Shown: positions 31,382 to 43,476 of the stretch, piece after piece
How the letters are laid out: every line of letters starts with the position of its first letter
Numbering within the stretch: the first letter of the stretch is position 1
Notes under the pieces: model-generated
What the model was told of the DNA's origin: nothing
The model's input: the letters and a program-made list of their open reading frames with translations, nothing else
Databases searched by the model: none
NCBI GenBank assembly: GCA_963847445.1
Contig: CAWJZV010000046.1
Span: forward strand, 1-64,000
Direction: 5' to 3'
DNA: 64,000 nt
Source of the DNA: an uncultured delta proteobacterium
GTDB lineage: Bacteria > Desulfobacterota > Binatia > UBA9968
Translations under genes and position numbers: made by a program

Positions 31382-31419
31382 ATTGCTCCCAGTCGGGCTG
31401 ATTAGTGCGATATTCTCCA

Positions 31420-32420
31420 ATGAGTGAAACAGGCCTAGCCGTAAAGACAAATCTCCACAGCGTCGCGAACTTCGATCTGGAGTCCTATCTGCGCTCCCGC
31501 ACCGCGGCGGTCGACCGCGCCCTCGACGGTTACTTGAAGCGCTACTCGGAGCAATCCGGCACCATCTGGAAAGCGATGCATTACGGACTTTTCCCCGGCG
31601 GCAAGCGCATCCGGCCGATTTTAGTGCTGGCCGCCGGCGAGATCTTTCACGGGGCGGCGCAAGCGCGCTCCTGCCGTTTGCCTGTGCTGTCGAGATGATT
31701 CACGGTTATTCGCTGATTCATGACGACCTGCCGGCCCTCGATAACGACGATCTACGCCGCGGCGAACCGACCAACCACAAAGTTTTTGGCGATGGCATCG
31801 CGCTGCTCGCCGGCGACGGGTTGCTCACCGAAGCCTTTCACGTGCTGTCGGCTCCCGAGATGTTAAAGTGTCTGCCCGCCGAGTTGGTCCTCAAGTTGGT
31901 CCATGAACTTTCTCACGCCGTGGGCATCGCCGGCTTAGTCGGCGGTCAGGCGTTCGATCTCGAGGCCGAGCGGCGCGAAGTCGACATTGGCGTGGTCGAA
32001 TATATTCACGTGCGTAAAACCGGCGCGTTGATCCGCGCTTCGCTGCGCTTGGGCGCGCAGGTGGCCGGCGCCAAGCCGGCTGAGCTGAAGCGCATCGCGC
32101 GCTTCGGCGAGTATCTCGGCTTGGCATTTCAAATCGCCGACGACATCCTCGATATTCTGGGCGAGACCGCGCCCGGCGAGCGGGCCGAGTCGGGACACAG
32201 CGAGTGGAACAAGGCGACTTTTCCGTCGGTGATCGGCATTGGCGCGGCGCAGGAACGGCTCAAGGAGTTACGCCGGCTATGTTTGCGCGAATTGGCTCCC
32301 TTCGGCACCGGCGCCGAGCCGTTGCGCGCGATTACCCGGCAGATTGCCGCTCGGGCATTGAACAGGAATGACGAAGTTCCAACCAAGGAGATGCAGGACC
32401 TAATATGGCGCGATTGCTAG
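31420..32420 (+). CDS. ispA: Farnesyl/geranyl diphosphate synthase; frameshifted
   Basis: GGKRIRP, HGYSLIHDDLPALDNDDLRRG, KTGALI, FQIADDILD; upstream of dxs. Confidence 0.9.
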
Positions 32421-34321
32421 ACGGTATCGAATATCCGTGCGACATGCGCAAACTCAGGATCGACGAGTTGCCGCAGTTGGCTCAGGAGATCCGCGAAGAA
32501 GTGATTTCGGTGGTGTCGGAAGTGGGCGGCCACTTCGCTTCAACTTTGGGTGCGGTGGAGCTGACCCTGGCGCTGCATTACGTTTTCAATACGCCGGAAG
32601 ACCGCATCGTTTGGGACACCGGCCATCAAACCTACGCTCATAAACTCCTCTGCGGCCGGCGCGACCGCTTGGCGACGATCCGCCAGTTGGGCGGTCTGAG
32701 CGGCTTTCTCTCGCGCGAAGAGAGCGAATACGACACCTTTGGCGCCGGTCATGCCGGCACATCGATTTCCGCGGCGCTCGGTATGGTCGAGGCGAACGCG
32801 CTGGCCGGCGGCAAGCGCAAAGTCGTCGCGGTGATCAGCGATGGCGGTTTGAGTGCGGGATTGACGTACGAAGGACTCAACTCGGCCGGCCATCTGGACC
32901 GGGACTTGATCGTTATTCTCAACGACAATGAGCACTTTATCGATCCGCGGGTGGGCGCGGTGTCGTCGTTTTTGAGCCGGCAGTTTACCACCGATCTGGG
33001 CCTGCGGCTGCAAAAAAACCTTTCGAGTTTGCTTAAGAGTTTGCCCAGCGGCGAGCAAATCAAATACGCGGCGCGCAAGATTCGCGATTCATTTTTGAGC
33101 TTGGTTACGCCGGGATTTCTCTTCGAGAGTTTGGGCTTTCAGTATGTCGGTCCCATCGACGGTCATGATATCGGCGCGATGATCGCGACTTTGGAAAACA
33201 TCAAAAGGGTCGAGGGGCCGACCTTGGTTCATGTCTTGACTAAAAAGGGCAAGGGTTTCGCACTGGCGGAACAGAACCCGATCAAGTTTCACGGCGTCAC
33301 GCCGTTTCACGTGCTCACCGGCAAGGCGAAAAAAGACAAAAGCCCAGTGCCCACCTACACCGAGATCTTCGGTCAAGCGCTGGCGCGCCTGGCCAAGGAA
33401 AATCCCAAGATCGTCGGCATCACCGCGGCTATGGGCAGCGGCACCGGCATCGATAAGTTGCAGCGCGAGTTGCCGGAACGCACCTACGATGTCGGCATCG
33501 CCGAACAGCATGCGGTCACGTTCGCCGCCGGTATGGCGACCGAGGGTTATGTGCCGGTGGTGGCGATCTATTCGACTTTTCTACAGCGCGGCTACGACGA
33601 GATTCTCCACGATGTTTGCTTGCAGAATCTTCACGTGGTGCTGGCGCTTGATCGCGGCGGTTTGGTCGGCGCCGACGGTCCAACGCACCATGGCGTTTTC
33701 GATTTCGCCTATATGCGTTCGATCCCCAACCTGGTCATCATGGCGCCCAAGGACGAAAACGAGTTGCAGCATATGCTCAAGACCGCCATCGACCATTCGG
33801 GGCCGATTTCATTGCGCTATCCGCGCGGTGAAGGTTGGAATGTCGCGCTCGACGAGCGGATGCACAGTCTGAAGATTGGCAAAGCGGAACTGCTGCGCGA
33901 CGGCACCGATCTGGTCATCGCTGCCATCGGCAACACGGCGATTCCGGCACTTAGAGCCGCGCAAGATTTGGCCCCGCTGGGCATCAACGCGGCGGTGGTC
34001 AATGCACGCTTCGTCAAACCGCTGGATGAACACCTGTTTCGCGATCTACTGACCAAAGTGCCGCGGCTCATCACTGTCGAAGATCATGCGATCAGCGGCG
34101 GTTTCGGCAGCGCGCTGGTGGAATTTCTCGCGGATGACGGCATTGCCGGTGTGGATGTCAAACGGCTCGGTGTGCCGGATCGATTCATTCCCCATGGCAC
34201 CCAAGACGAACTCAAGAAAATCTGCGGCTTCGACAAAGATGCCATCGCTCAGGCGGCCTTGCAGATGATGCGCCGTGGCAAGAAGAAAATTAGAGAGGGA
34301 TGGGAAAGAGGCAGCGCTTAG
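32405..34321 (+). CDS. dxs: 1-deoxy-D-xylulose-5-phosphate synthase
   Basis: WDTGHQ.Y.HK, GHAGTSIS, DVGIAEQHAV, YSTFLQR.YD, DGPTHHG. Confidence 0.97.
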   Translation: MARLLDGIEYPCDMRKLRIDELPQLAQEIREEVISVVSEVGGHFASTLGAVELTLALHYVFNTPEDRIVWDTGHQTYAHKLLCGRRDRLATIRQLGGLSGFLSREESEYDTFGAGHAGTSISAALGMVEANALAGGKRKVVAVISDGGLSAGLTYEGLNSAGHLDRDLIVILNDNEHFIDPRVGAVSSFLSRQFTTDLGLRLQKNLSSLLKSLPSGEQIKYAARKIRDSFLSLVTPGFLFESLGFQYVGPIDGHDIGAMIATLENIKRVEGPTLVHVLTKKGKGFALAEQNPIKFHGVTPFHVLTGKAKKDKSPVPTYTEIFGQALARLAKENPKIVGITAAMGSGTGIDKLQRELPERTYDVGIAEQHAVTFAAGMATEGYVPVVAIYSTFLQRGYDEILHDVCLQNLHVVLALDRGGLVGADGPTHHGVFDFAYMRSIPNLVIMAPKDENELQHMLKTAIDHSGPISLRYPRGEGWNVALDERMHSLKIGKAELLRDGTDLVIAAIGNTAIPALRAAQDLAPLGINAAVVNARFVKPLDEHLFRDLLTKVPRLITVEDHAISGGFGSALVEFLADDGIAGVDVKRLGVPDRFIPHGTQDELKKICGFDKDAIAQAALQMMRRGKKKIREGWERGSA

Positions 34322-35050
34322 ACTTGCTCTTGGTCGAACGCCAACTGGTGGCGAGCCGGGAAGAAGGGCGGCGGCGCATTCTCGCCGGCGAGGTTCTAGT
34401 CAACCGACAACCGGTCACCAAAGCGGGCAACTTGATCGACCGCGCGGCGCCGATCACGGTTATAGCCGCGCCTCCCTATGTCAGCCGCGGCGGCATCAAA
34501 CTGGAGAAGGCGCTGCGCGAGTTTGCCATTGAGGTCGCCGGCAAAAGTGCCATCGACATCGGTGCTTCCACCGGCGGCTTCACCGATTGTCTGCTCGTTC
34601 ATGGCGCCGCCAAGGTCATCGCGGTGGATGTCGGTTATGGCCAACTCGATTGGAAACTGCGCAACGACCCGCGCGTCGTGGTTCTCGAAAAAACCAACAT
34701 CCGTTATCTGGAGCCGGCGCGGTCTGCCGTTCATTCCGACACTCGCGACCATCGATGCCTCGTTTATTTCGCTCAAATTGATCCTGCCGAAAGTACATTC
34801 GCTAATTGCCTCAGAAGGGACTGTCGTGGCGCTGATCAAGCCACAGTTCGAAGTGGGTAAGGGTAAAGTCGGCAAAGGCGGCGTGGTGCGCTCGGCGGAA
34901 GAGCATCGCCGGGTCATCGATGAAATATCTCTAGCGGCGGTCGACTGCGGTTATCGGGTCCTGGCCGTTACCGAATCGCCGCTCATGGGACCCAAGGGCA
35001 ACAAAGAATTTTTGCTCCATCTCAAAATGAATTCGCTCGCGACGGTTTGA
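34300..35050 (+). CDS. tlyA: TlyA-family RNA methyltransferase; frameshifted
   Basis: S4 domain, YVSRGGIKL, DIGASTGGFTD, SFISL, LIKPQFE, GPKGNKEF. Confidence 0.92.
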
Positions 35051-35106
35051 ATTTTCACGCGACTGTACCGAGCGCGGCGCAGCGGCAATCAAAGACGATG
35101 GATGTA

Positions 35107-35248
35107 TCTCCCGCGAAGCCGCGAAGCGCAGAAGGTGACGGGCCGAAGCCCGTCATCCCGAGCGAGCGCGAGGGATCTAGAGAGATTTCTCCCTCTGGTC
35201 GAAATGACAACAATTCCGAACTTGGCGCCTTTGCGCCTTGGCGGGAGG
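35107..35248. repeat. Composite REP-like element: outer inverted arms enclosing two hairpins
   Basis: Outer arms tctcccgcgaagccgcgaagcgc / cttggcgcctttgcgccttggcgggagg; inner gtgacgggc-cgaa-gcccgtcat and gtcatcccgagcgagcgcgagggatct...agatttctccctctggtcgaaatgac. Confidence 0.7.
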
Positions 35249-35335
35249 AACATCGCGAATCCGACAGGCATTTACTGTCGGGAAATTTGTTCTAGCAGCT
35301 AACAATTCGATCCATAGCAATCTAAGACTATCGCC

Positions 35336-36067
35336 ATGCCATCGTTCAAGAAAATTGCCCACCGCGGCGCCTCGGGACAATATCCGGAAAATAGCCGGTT
35401 GGCCTTTGAGAATGCAATTGCCGCGGGCGCCGATATGATCGAGCTCGACTGCCAACTGAGCGCCGATGGCCATGTGGTGGTGTTTCACGATGAGCGGCTC
35501 GCGCGTACAACCGGCGCCCGCGGGAAAGTTTATGATAAGACGCTGGCGCAACTGCGCGCCCTCGACATCGGCAAGTGGCGCAAGCCGGCCTTTCGCGGCG
35601 AGAAGATCTTGACCCTGGAAGAGGCGCTGGAAATTTTTGCCGGCAACGTCGATCTATGTCTGGAAATTAAAGTCGCCGCCGGTGCGCCGCCCGGCATCGA
35701 GTTGAAGCTGCTGTTCATCCTGAGCCACTACGATTACTTGGAGCGGACGGTGATCTCGTCCTTCGATTACCGCAGCTTGGCCAGGGTGCGGGAGTTGGCG
35801 CCCGAGGCGGCCCTCGGAGTCATTCACGGAGCCGGCATCCGGGAAGATCCCATCGCCGCCGCCGAGCGGCTTGCCGCGACGTCAATCCATGTGCAAAAGC
35901 AGCTCGCGCAACGTGAATTTTGCCAGCGCGCCTGGCAGGCGGGCTTAGATCTCTACGTCTGGACCGTCAACGATCGGCGTGAGATCGAGATGTTCATCGA
36001 TTTGGGTGTACAGGGGATTATTTCCGATTATCCCGAAAAGCTATGTCTGATTGGCCGCGCTGGTTGA
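35336..36067 (+). CDS. Glycerophosphodiester phosphodiesterase
   Basis: IAHRGAS..PENS, IELD, FHD, EIK, WTVND, GIISDYP. Confidence 0.93.
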   Translation: MPSFKKIAHRGASGQYPENSRLAFENAIAAGADMIELDCQLSADGHVVVFHDERLARTTGARGKVYDKTLAQLRALDIGKWRKPAFRGEKILTLEEALEIFAGNVDLCLEIKVAAGAPPGIELKLLFILSHYDYLERTVISSFDYRSLARVRELAPEAALGVIHGAGIREDPIAAAERLAATSIHVQKQLAQREFCQRAWQAGLDLYVWTVNDRREIEMFIDLGVQGIISDYPEKLCLIGRAG

Positions 36068-36183
36068 TTGACAAAACGTTGGCGTTTTTTGTCCTGTTGC
36101 TAGGTGCTCGTAATACCCTCATTCCAGCACTCGTTTCACCCTTCGCCAATTAGTGCAAACAGTTAGATTTAAAAGTGTTTTAC

Positions 36184-36211
36184 TTGACTTGAATGATTTA
36201 TCAGCTAAAAT
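36184..36211 (+). promoter_or_regulatory. Putative sigma70 promoter for rpsU
   Basis: TTGACT-N16-TAAAAT about 50 nt upstream of the rpsU ATG. Confidence 0.5.
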
Positions 36212-36260
36212 CGAATCCGGTTTATGTGCGGTCTGCCTGGATCGGGGGTGAGTCATTTCT

Positions 36261-36455
36261 ATGACCGGAGTTCGTGTTCGAGATAACGAGTCGATTGAAA
36301 GCGCCATCCGCCGCTTTAAAAAACTATGCGAAAAAGCCGGCATCCTCGCCGAATTGCGTAAACGAGAACATTACGAGAAGCCTAGCGTAAAACGTAAGAA
36401 AAAAGCGATTGCCGCAAAAAAACGCGCCCTACGACGCGTGCGTCATGCGTTTTAA
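36261..36455 (+). CDS. rpsU: 30S ribosomal protein S21
   Basis: [22 protein letters not shown]. Confidence 0.97.
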   Translation: MTGVRVRDNESIESAIRRFKKLCEKAGILAELRKREHYEKPSVKRKKKAIAAKKRALRRVRHAF

Positions 36456-36482
36456 GCGTCGAAATCGAGAGCCAGCGCAGCA

Positions 36483-36929
36483 ATGGACTTAAAAGCGGAG
36501 ATTCAACAAGCCGTGAAAGCCGCCATGAAAGGCGGCGACACGGTGACGCTCTCATCCCTGCGCTTGTTGTTGGCGGCGCTGCAGAACGAAGAGATTCGCT
36601 TGCGCCGGGCGCTGAGCGCCGATGAGATTCACAGAATTATCGGCACTCTGTGCAAGCAGCGCGGCGAAGCGATTGAGTTGTACCGTAAGGGTGGGCGCGA
36701 GGAGCTGGCGGCCAAAGAAGAAGCCGAGCTCGTGATCCTTCAGGGGTTTCTCCCGCAGCAACTTAGCGACGACGAGATCAAGTCGGCAGTTCAAGCGAGT
36801 ATCGACGAGGCCGGCGCCAGTGGGCTTGCCGACTTCGGAAAAGTTATGAAGTTAGTAATGCCCAAGGTGGCGGGACGCAGCGACGGCAAACGGGTTAGCG
36901 AGCTCACCAAGGCATTGCTGGGCGGTTAG
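36483..36929 (+). CDS. GatB/YqeY domain protein
   Basis: AMKGGD, KQRGEAIELY..GGREELA.KE, FLPQQLS, GKVMK. Confidence 0.92.
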   Translation: MDLKAEIQQAVKAAMKGGDTVTLSSLRLLLAALQNEEIRLRRALSADEIHRIIGTLCKQRGEAIELYRKGGREELAAKEEAELVILQGFLPQQLSDDEIKSAVQASIDEAGASGLADFGKVMKLVMPKVAGRSDGKRVSELTKALLGG

Positions 36930-37092
36930 GGCATTGGGATTGGGCTCGCTCGGGCTAGCGGGTGCTTGAGCGGTCCAGCCCGATGCCAATGGATGTCGCC
37001 CGGTTTCCCGGACAATATATCGACTGTGCGAACATGGCGAGCGGCCGGAGCGATTAACGATCGGTGCCGCCAACGCGGGTGGGTGCCAGCTG

Positions 37093-37626
37093 GTGAATTG
37101 GGTCGATTTGATTCTGCTTGCCGTTCTTGGGATATTTGGCCTTCGAGGGTTCTTCCGAGGTCTCTTCCGTGAAATCTTATCACTGGCCGGACTCATCGTC
37201 GGTTTCCTGGTTGCCGCGCGCTACGGCGATGTGGCGGCGCAGTACGCCGCGCAGCATTGGAAGTTTGCCCCGATAATGCTCAAGGGTGCGGGCTTTGTCG
37301 CGATCTTCTTTGTGATTTATTTCGGCTTTAGCGTCGCCGCTTGGCTGCTGCATCGTTCGGAAAAAATGTTGTTTCTGAAATCTGTCAATCGCGTCGGCGG
37401 CATCGCCATCGGTGTCGGCAAGGGCGCGGCTGTGGCGGCGCTGGCGATCTTCTTGTTCAGTTCCTCTTCATTGCTTTCCCAGCCCACCCGTGACTCGCTT
37501 GCAAGTGCTTATTTGGTGCCGCCGCTGTCTCAACTGGGGGAAACTTTGATCAAGGCGGGTAAGGAGCGAATCTTCACCGGCGCTGGCGCCGCGCCGACGC
37601 CGGCCGGAGGGCGGCAGGCGATCTAG
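37093..37626 (+). CDS. cvpA: CvpA-family membrane protein
   Basis: MNWVD, RGFFRGLFREI, NRVGGIAIG; four TM segments. Confidence 0.85.
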   Translation: MNWVDLILLAVLGIFGLRGFFRGLFREILSLAGLIVGFLVAARYGDVAAQYAAQHWKFAPIMLKGAGFVAIFFVIYFGFSVAAWLLHRSEKMLFLKSVNRVGGIAIGVGKGAAVAALAIFLFSSSSLLSQPTRDSLASAYLVPPLSQLGETLIKAGKERIFTGAGAAPTPAGGRQAI

Positions 37627-39373
37627 TTATTAGCCATGATTAGCCAGGATAAAATCGCCGAAATTCGCAATCGCGCATCGATTGTCGAAGTGATTTCCGA
37701 CTACGTCACGCTCAAGAAAGCCGGCCGCAATCACTTGGGACTTTGTCCGTTCCACGGCGAGAAGACGCCGTCGTTCACGGTCAACGAAGAGAAAGGGATC
37801 TATCATTGCTTTGGCTGCCATGCCGGCGGCAGCGTGTTTCAGTTTCTCATGGAGTACGATCACCAGAGTTTCCCCGAAGCGGTGGAACAGGTGGCCAAAC
37901 GCTACGGCATCGTCATCGAACGATCGGACGCGGGCAATTATCAGCGCGACCTGGGCGAGCGCGAAAATCTTTTCCGCATCAACGAGCGCGCCGCGGCTAA
38001 CTATCAGCGCATTCTGTTCGATCATCCCGAGGGCAAGGCTGCGCTGGAGTATCTCAAGCGGCGCGGCGTCGACGATGCCATCGCGCGCAAGTTCATGTTG
38101 GGCTTCGCACCGCAGGGCGGTTCGGGACTGGTCGGTCTGGTCAAGAAAGAAAGTTTAGCGTTGGCGGACGCGATCAAGCTCGGTCTGGTCGGCCAGCGCA
38201 ACGCGCAACAGTATTACGAGAAGTTTTTCGCCAGGGTGATGTTTCCCATCGCCAACGCGGCGGGCAAGATCGTCGGCTTCGGCGGCCGGGTGATCGATCA
38301 AGGCATGCCGAAGTATCTGAACTCGAGCGAGACGCCGCTGTTTCACAAGGGTTCGACGGTTTACGGTCTGCACCAGGCCAAGGAAGGCATCCGCCAGGCC
38401 GACCGGGTTGTCGTGGTCGAAGGTTATCTCGACGTGATCGCTCTGGCGCAGCATGGCATCGGTTACGCCGTGGCGACTTTGGGCACGGCGCTGACCGTCG
38501 AACATGTGCGCGCGCTTGTCGCGTTATACCAAGAATATTATCGCATTATTCGACGGCGACGATGCCGGGCTGAAGGCGGCGGCGCGCAGTTTCGAGATTT
38601 TCGTCGAAGCCGGTTTGCTCGGCCGCGCGGCGTTTTTACCCAAAGACGAGGATCCGGATAGCTTCGTCCGCCAGCAAGGCAAGGACGCCGTCGAGAAGCT
38701 GCTCGATCAAGCGGTGCCGATGGCCGATTTTTATTTTTCCTGGCTGCAGCGGCGCGACGGCAGCACCATCGAAGGCAAGAGCCAGACCGCCGCTGAGATT
38801 GGCCGGTTGCTCGCCAAAGTGACCAATCCTTTCGAAGTCGATCTGTTGATTCGCCGGGCGGCGGACCTGGGCGTACGCGAGGAGCTGTTGCGCCGGCCGG
38901 TCGGCGAATGCTGCCAATAGGCGGCCGGTGCTGCCGAACCGTCCATCGGCTGTCGTTGCGGCAACGGCGCCGAGTGACAGCCGCGACGATATTGCCGAGC
39001 GCTCGCTGGTCGGACTGGTGCTGCGCGTGCCGGCGTTACTTGAGAAATTGGCTCGGGAAACGCGCGCGCGCCAATGTTTTAGCGACAAATGGCGCCCGGT
39101 GGTTGACGCGATCATCTTGGAATGGCAAGAAACAGGGAACATCGACATTGGCGCGATCACCCAAAAGTTGCCAGAGCAGCGGGTCAGCGAATTTGCCGCC
39201 TTGGTGTTGGAAGCCGAGAACAGGTCCGATGCCGAATGCGCCAAGATGGCCGGCGATTGCCTGAACCACTTGCAGCGCAAATACTTAAAAATCCAAGAGC
39301 GCGATTTGCGCATCGCCATACGTGCCGCGGAAGAGAAACGTGACGAGATTGCCAAGAGAGAAAGGATACTAGA

Positions 39374-41245
<1,872 letters not shown>

Positions 41246-41302
41246 AACGTGGAGCCATCAAACACGCAACCCGAAACTCCTAACCCGAAACGAATTATTT
41301 TA

Positions 41303-41379
41303 GGGCCCATAGCTCAGTTGGTTAGAGCCACCGGCTCATAACCGGTTGGTCCCTGGTTCGAGTCCAGGTGGGCCCACCA
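41303..41379 (+). tRNA. tRNA with CAT anticodon, most likely tRNA-Ile2 (lysidine-modified)
   Basis: GGGCCCA/TGGGCCC acceptor stem, AGCTCAGTTGGTTAGAGC D-arm, CTCATAA loop, GGTTCGAGTCC, encoded CCA; position after rpoD. Confidence 0.93.
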
Positions 41380-41425
41380 ACTTCTTCCCTTTGTGTTTTT
41401 AACTGTTTGCCCTTCCGTGGCCCTG

Positions 41426-41600
41426 CTATCCTCTGCTGGGGTCACGGTTTGGGTCACGGTTTTTGACACACAATCCCAAGCATCTTAGCAAGCTGTCGAC
41501 GGCATCGCTGCGCACGAATCGACCGTAGTGTTTCTCGATCATCGCAACGCTGGTGCCGCAGTATTCGCCAGCCACATGATGTTGACGCCATTGGCTAGAC
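41426..41600 (-). mobile_element. C-terminal remnant of a tyrosine recombinase/integrase beside the tRNA
   Basis: VAGEYCGTSVAMIEKHYG resembles the catalytic-Tyr segment; tandem GGGTCACGGTTT x2 at 41439-41462. Confidence 0.65.
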
Positions 41601-41681
41601 CGGCGCTGATAAACATGTGTCGGCAAGCGTAGAGTTTGCGCTCTCGTACAATTGCCATCACTGCGCAGGAAAGTTGCAGAA

Positions 41682-41876
41682 CTAGGATGCCGAATCGCAA
41701 CTAGAGGGCGTACTAACACATGCCGTAACCTTGCTCCAACCACTCGACAATCCATTAGCAATATTTGTATTCTTAATGGCGACCCAAAAAACGAGCGCCA
41801 CCAAAACCACGATCAAAGTGTACTCAACGAGACCTTGACCATCTTCTTCGATTGACAAACGTTTCAACAGCTCCAT
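41682..41876 (-). CDS. flp: Flp/Fap type IVb pilin
   Basis: EEDG/QGLVEY followed by a hydrophobic helix; 64 aa; AAAGGGG RBS. Confidence 0.9.
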   Translation of the reverse strand: MELLKRLSIEEDGQGLVEYTLIVVLVALVFWVAIKNTNIANGLSSGWSKVTACVSTPSSCDSAS

Positions 41877-42157
41877 TTAAATTCCCCCTTTCTAGCGACT
41901 CCTTACCGTATTTTAATCTGAGTCGAGACCAACTAATCGCCAACTCCTTTCGCCTGATACAAAGCTCACGCCGCGGCTAACCATCCGTATGGCAAAAGCG
42001 ACTGGATATGCTGGACCGTAGCGCCTATCAGTTGAATCCTGGTGTAATAACAAAGCTTGACTCCCGCCTGGAATAACATAGCTTGACTCCAGCCTAGCAG
42101 ACGAAATGGCTGCGGGCCAATAGGGTTCAGGTTTCCGTGTCTTTGCTTTAATCAATA

Positions 42158-42172
42158 ACAAAGGCTGTGCCA
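42158..42172 (-). promoter_or_regulatory. Imperfect sigma54 -24/-12 site upstream of flp
   Basis: TGGCAC-AGCCT-TTGT on the minus strand (GT instead of GC). Confidence 0.4.
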
Positions 42173-42595
42173 GCCCGTTCCGACGTCGATTTAGCTTTGC
42201 TTTAGGCGACTTAGCTGGCCAACGGATTTCAAAGTGATTTCGTTGTCAGACTTTTGGTCATACACCGAAGGAAAAATACTGACATTGAAGTAAACCCATT
42301 TGACTAGCGGTCCGGGAGAATCAAAATGGGCAGGGCTCAATTCCTGCGGTTCTCGGCATCCCAGACCGGAAGCATGCCAGTGTCATGACTCCGCATTCGT
42401 TCGGCAGCATCAGTCATGGTGTGTCGCGATTTCCACGTCGCGTGCCAGGATCTCTTTTACCTGCATAGTTCCTCCCGAACTGTTGAAACTACGCTGCCTG
42501 GCGAAAACGAAATTACTTATTCCAAAATTAACAAGATGCGATGCGTGGTAATGAAAAATCCAGCTCGAGAACCGCGCAGGCTCGAACAATATTCA

Positions 42596-42952
42596 TCAAT
42601 ACTCTGCGCGCTCACGCCGTAAGCGCTCGGTCTCCCGACGCTGCCGATCGATCTCGTCCTGATTGCGTTGGATCTGATCTTGTTGCCTGTAGTTTTCGTT
42701 ATTCTGCCCTTGGAGCTGATCACCGACCAGCGCACCGGCTCCTAGGCCAAGCGCACCACCAACAGCGGCTCCGGCACCCGGGTGGCCGACGGCTGCGCCA
42801 ATGAGACCTCCTGCTGCCGCACCGCCGAGCGCGCCGATCCCTGCTCCCTTCTCTCTCGTCGTCAACGAGCCTCCGGCACAACCTGCGCCGAACAGAGTTA
42901 TGACGATAAGTAACAACGTTAAATTCTTGGTACCTGAGTTGCTGTTCTTCAT
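42596..42952 (-). CDS. Glycine-zipper lipoprotein
   Basis: Lipobox GAGC, GAGIGALGGAAAGGLIG zipper, Gln/Arg coiled tail. Confidence 0.85.
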   Translation of the reverse strand: MKNSNSGTKNLTLLLIVITLFGAGCAGGSLTTREKGAGIGALGGAAAGGLIGAAVGHPGAGAAVGGALGLGAGALVGDQLQGQNNENYRQQDQIQRNQDEIDRQRRETERLRRERAEY

Positions 42953-42989
42953 ATAAACTCCTTCCCTTTCTGTAACACCGCTCTCTATG

Positions 42990-43346
42990 CTAATGGGCAG
43001 ATATCAATCCCATCAGTTCGCCCGTGGAAAAAGGCTTCGCGAGCACATTTACCTCCGGTCTGTCTTTCTCCTGTTCGATCTCCGACTCCAACCACTCCAG
43101 ATCCGCGCTCATGTAGATGGTTCGAACGTTGAAATTACTGACTTTCCTGATTCGACTCACGAGCTCCACGCCGTTTTCTCCCGGCAACTGAAGATCCGAT
43201 ATCACCAGATCTGGCCTGAACCGCAGATAGATGGAATATCCTTCCGCCGCATCCTTAGCTATTCGGATTTCATATCCTTCGGACGTGAGCCGTTCCTGAA
43301 GGATAAAGGATAAATTTTCATCGTCCTCTACGAGTAAGACTTTCAA
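42990..43346 (-). CDS. Single-domain response regulator
   Basis: VLLVEDD, ISDLQLPGENG, MSA, KPF. Confidence 0.88.
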   Translation of the reverse strand: MKVLLVEDDENLSFILQERLTSEGYEIRIAKDAAEGYSIYLRFRPDLVISDLQLPGENGVELVSRIRKVSNFNVRTIYMSADLEWLESEIEQEKDRPEVNVLAKPFSTGELMGLISAH

Positions 43347-43461
43347 TGTTTTTTCATGTGGCTCTCCTCCTCACTGACTCAAGCAATTGCCGCATGGAAT
43401 TCTTATTGCCAACTTCTCTAATCGATCGGAGATTTGGCATCAGGCTTAATATTGAATGAGC

Positions 43462-43476
43462 GCAAACCTTATGCCA
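43462..43476 (-). promoter_or_regulatory. Sigma54 promoter upstream of the response regulator
   Basis: TGGCAT-AAGGT-TTGC with exact -24/-12 spacing. Confidence 0.65.

Noticed and set aside
41303-41379. tRNA-Met (initiator or elongator)
   Set aside because: The paired G1-C72 and the lack of three consecutive G-C pairs in the anticodon stem exclude the initiator. The acceptor stem and position after rpoD favour Ile2, though elongator Met is not fully excluded.
41877-42157. c-di-GMP riboswitch in the flp leader
   Set aside because: I could not find the GEMM core (GGCAAAC...GAAA...GACGCAAA) on the minus strand.
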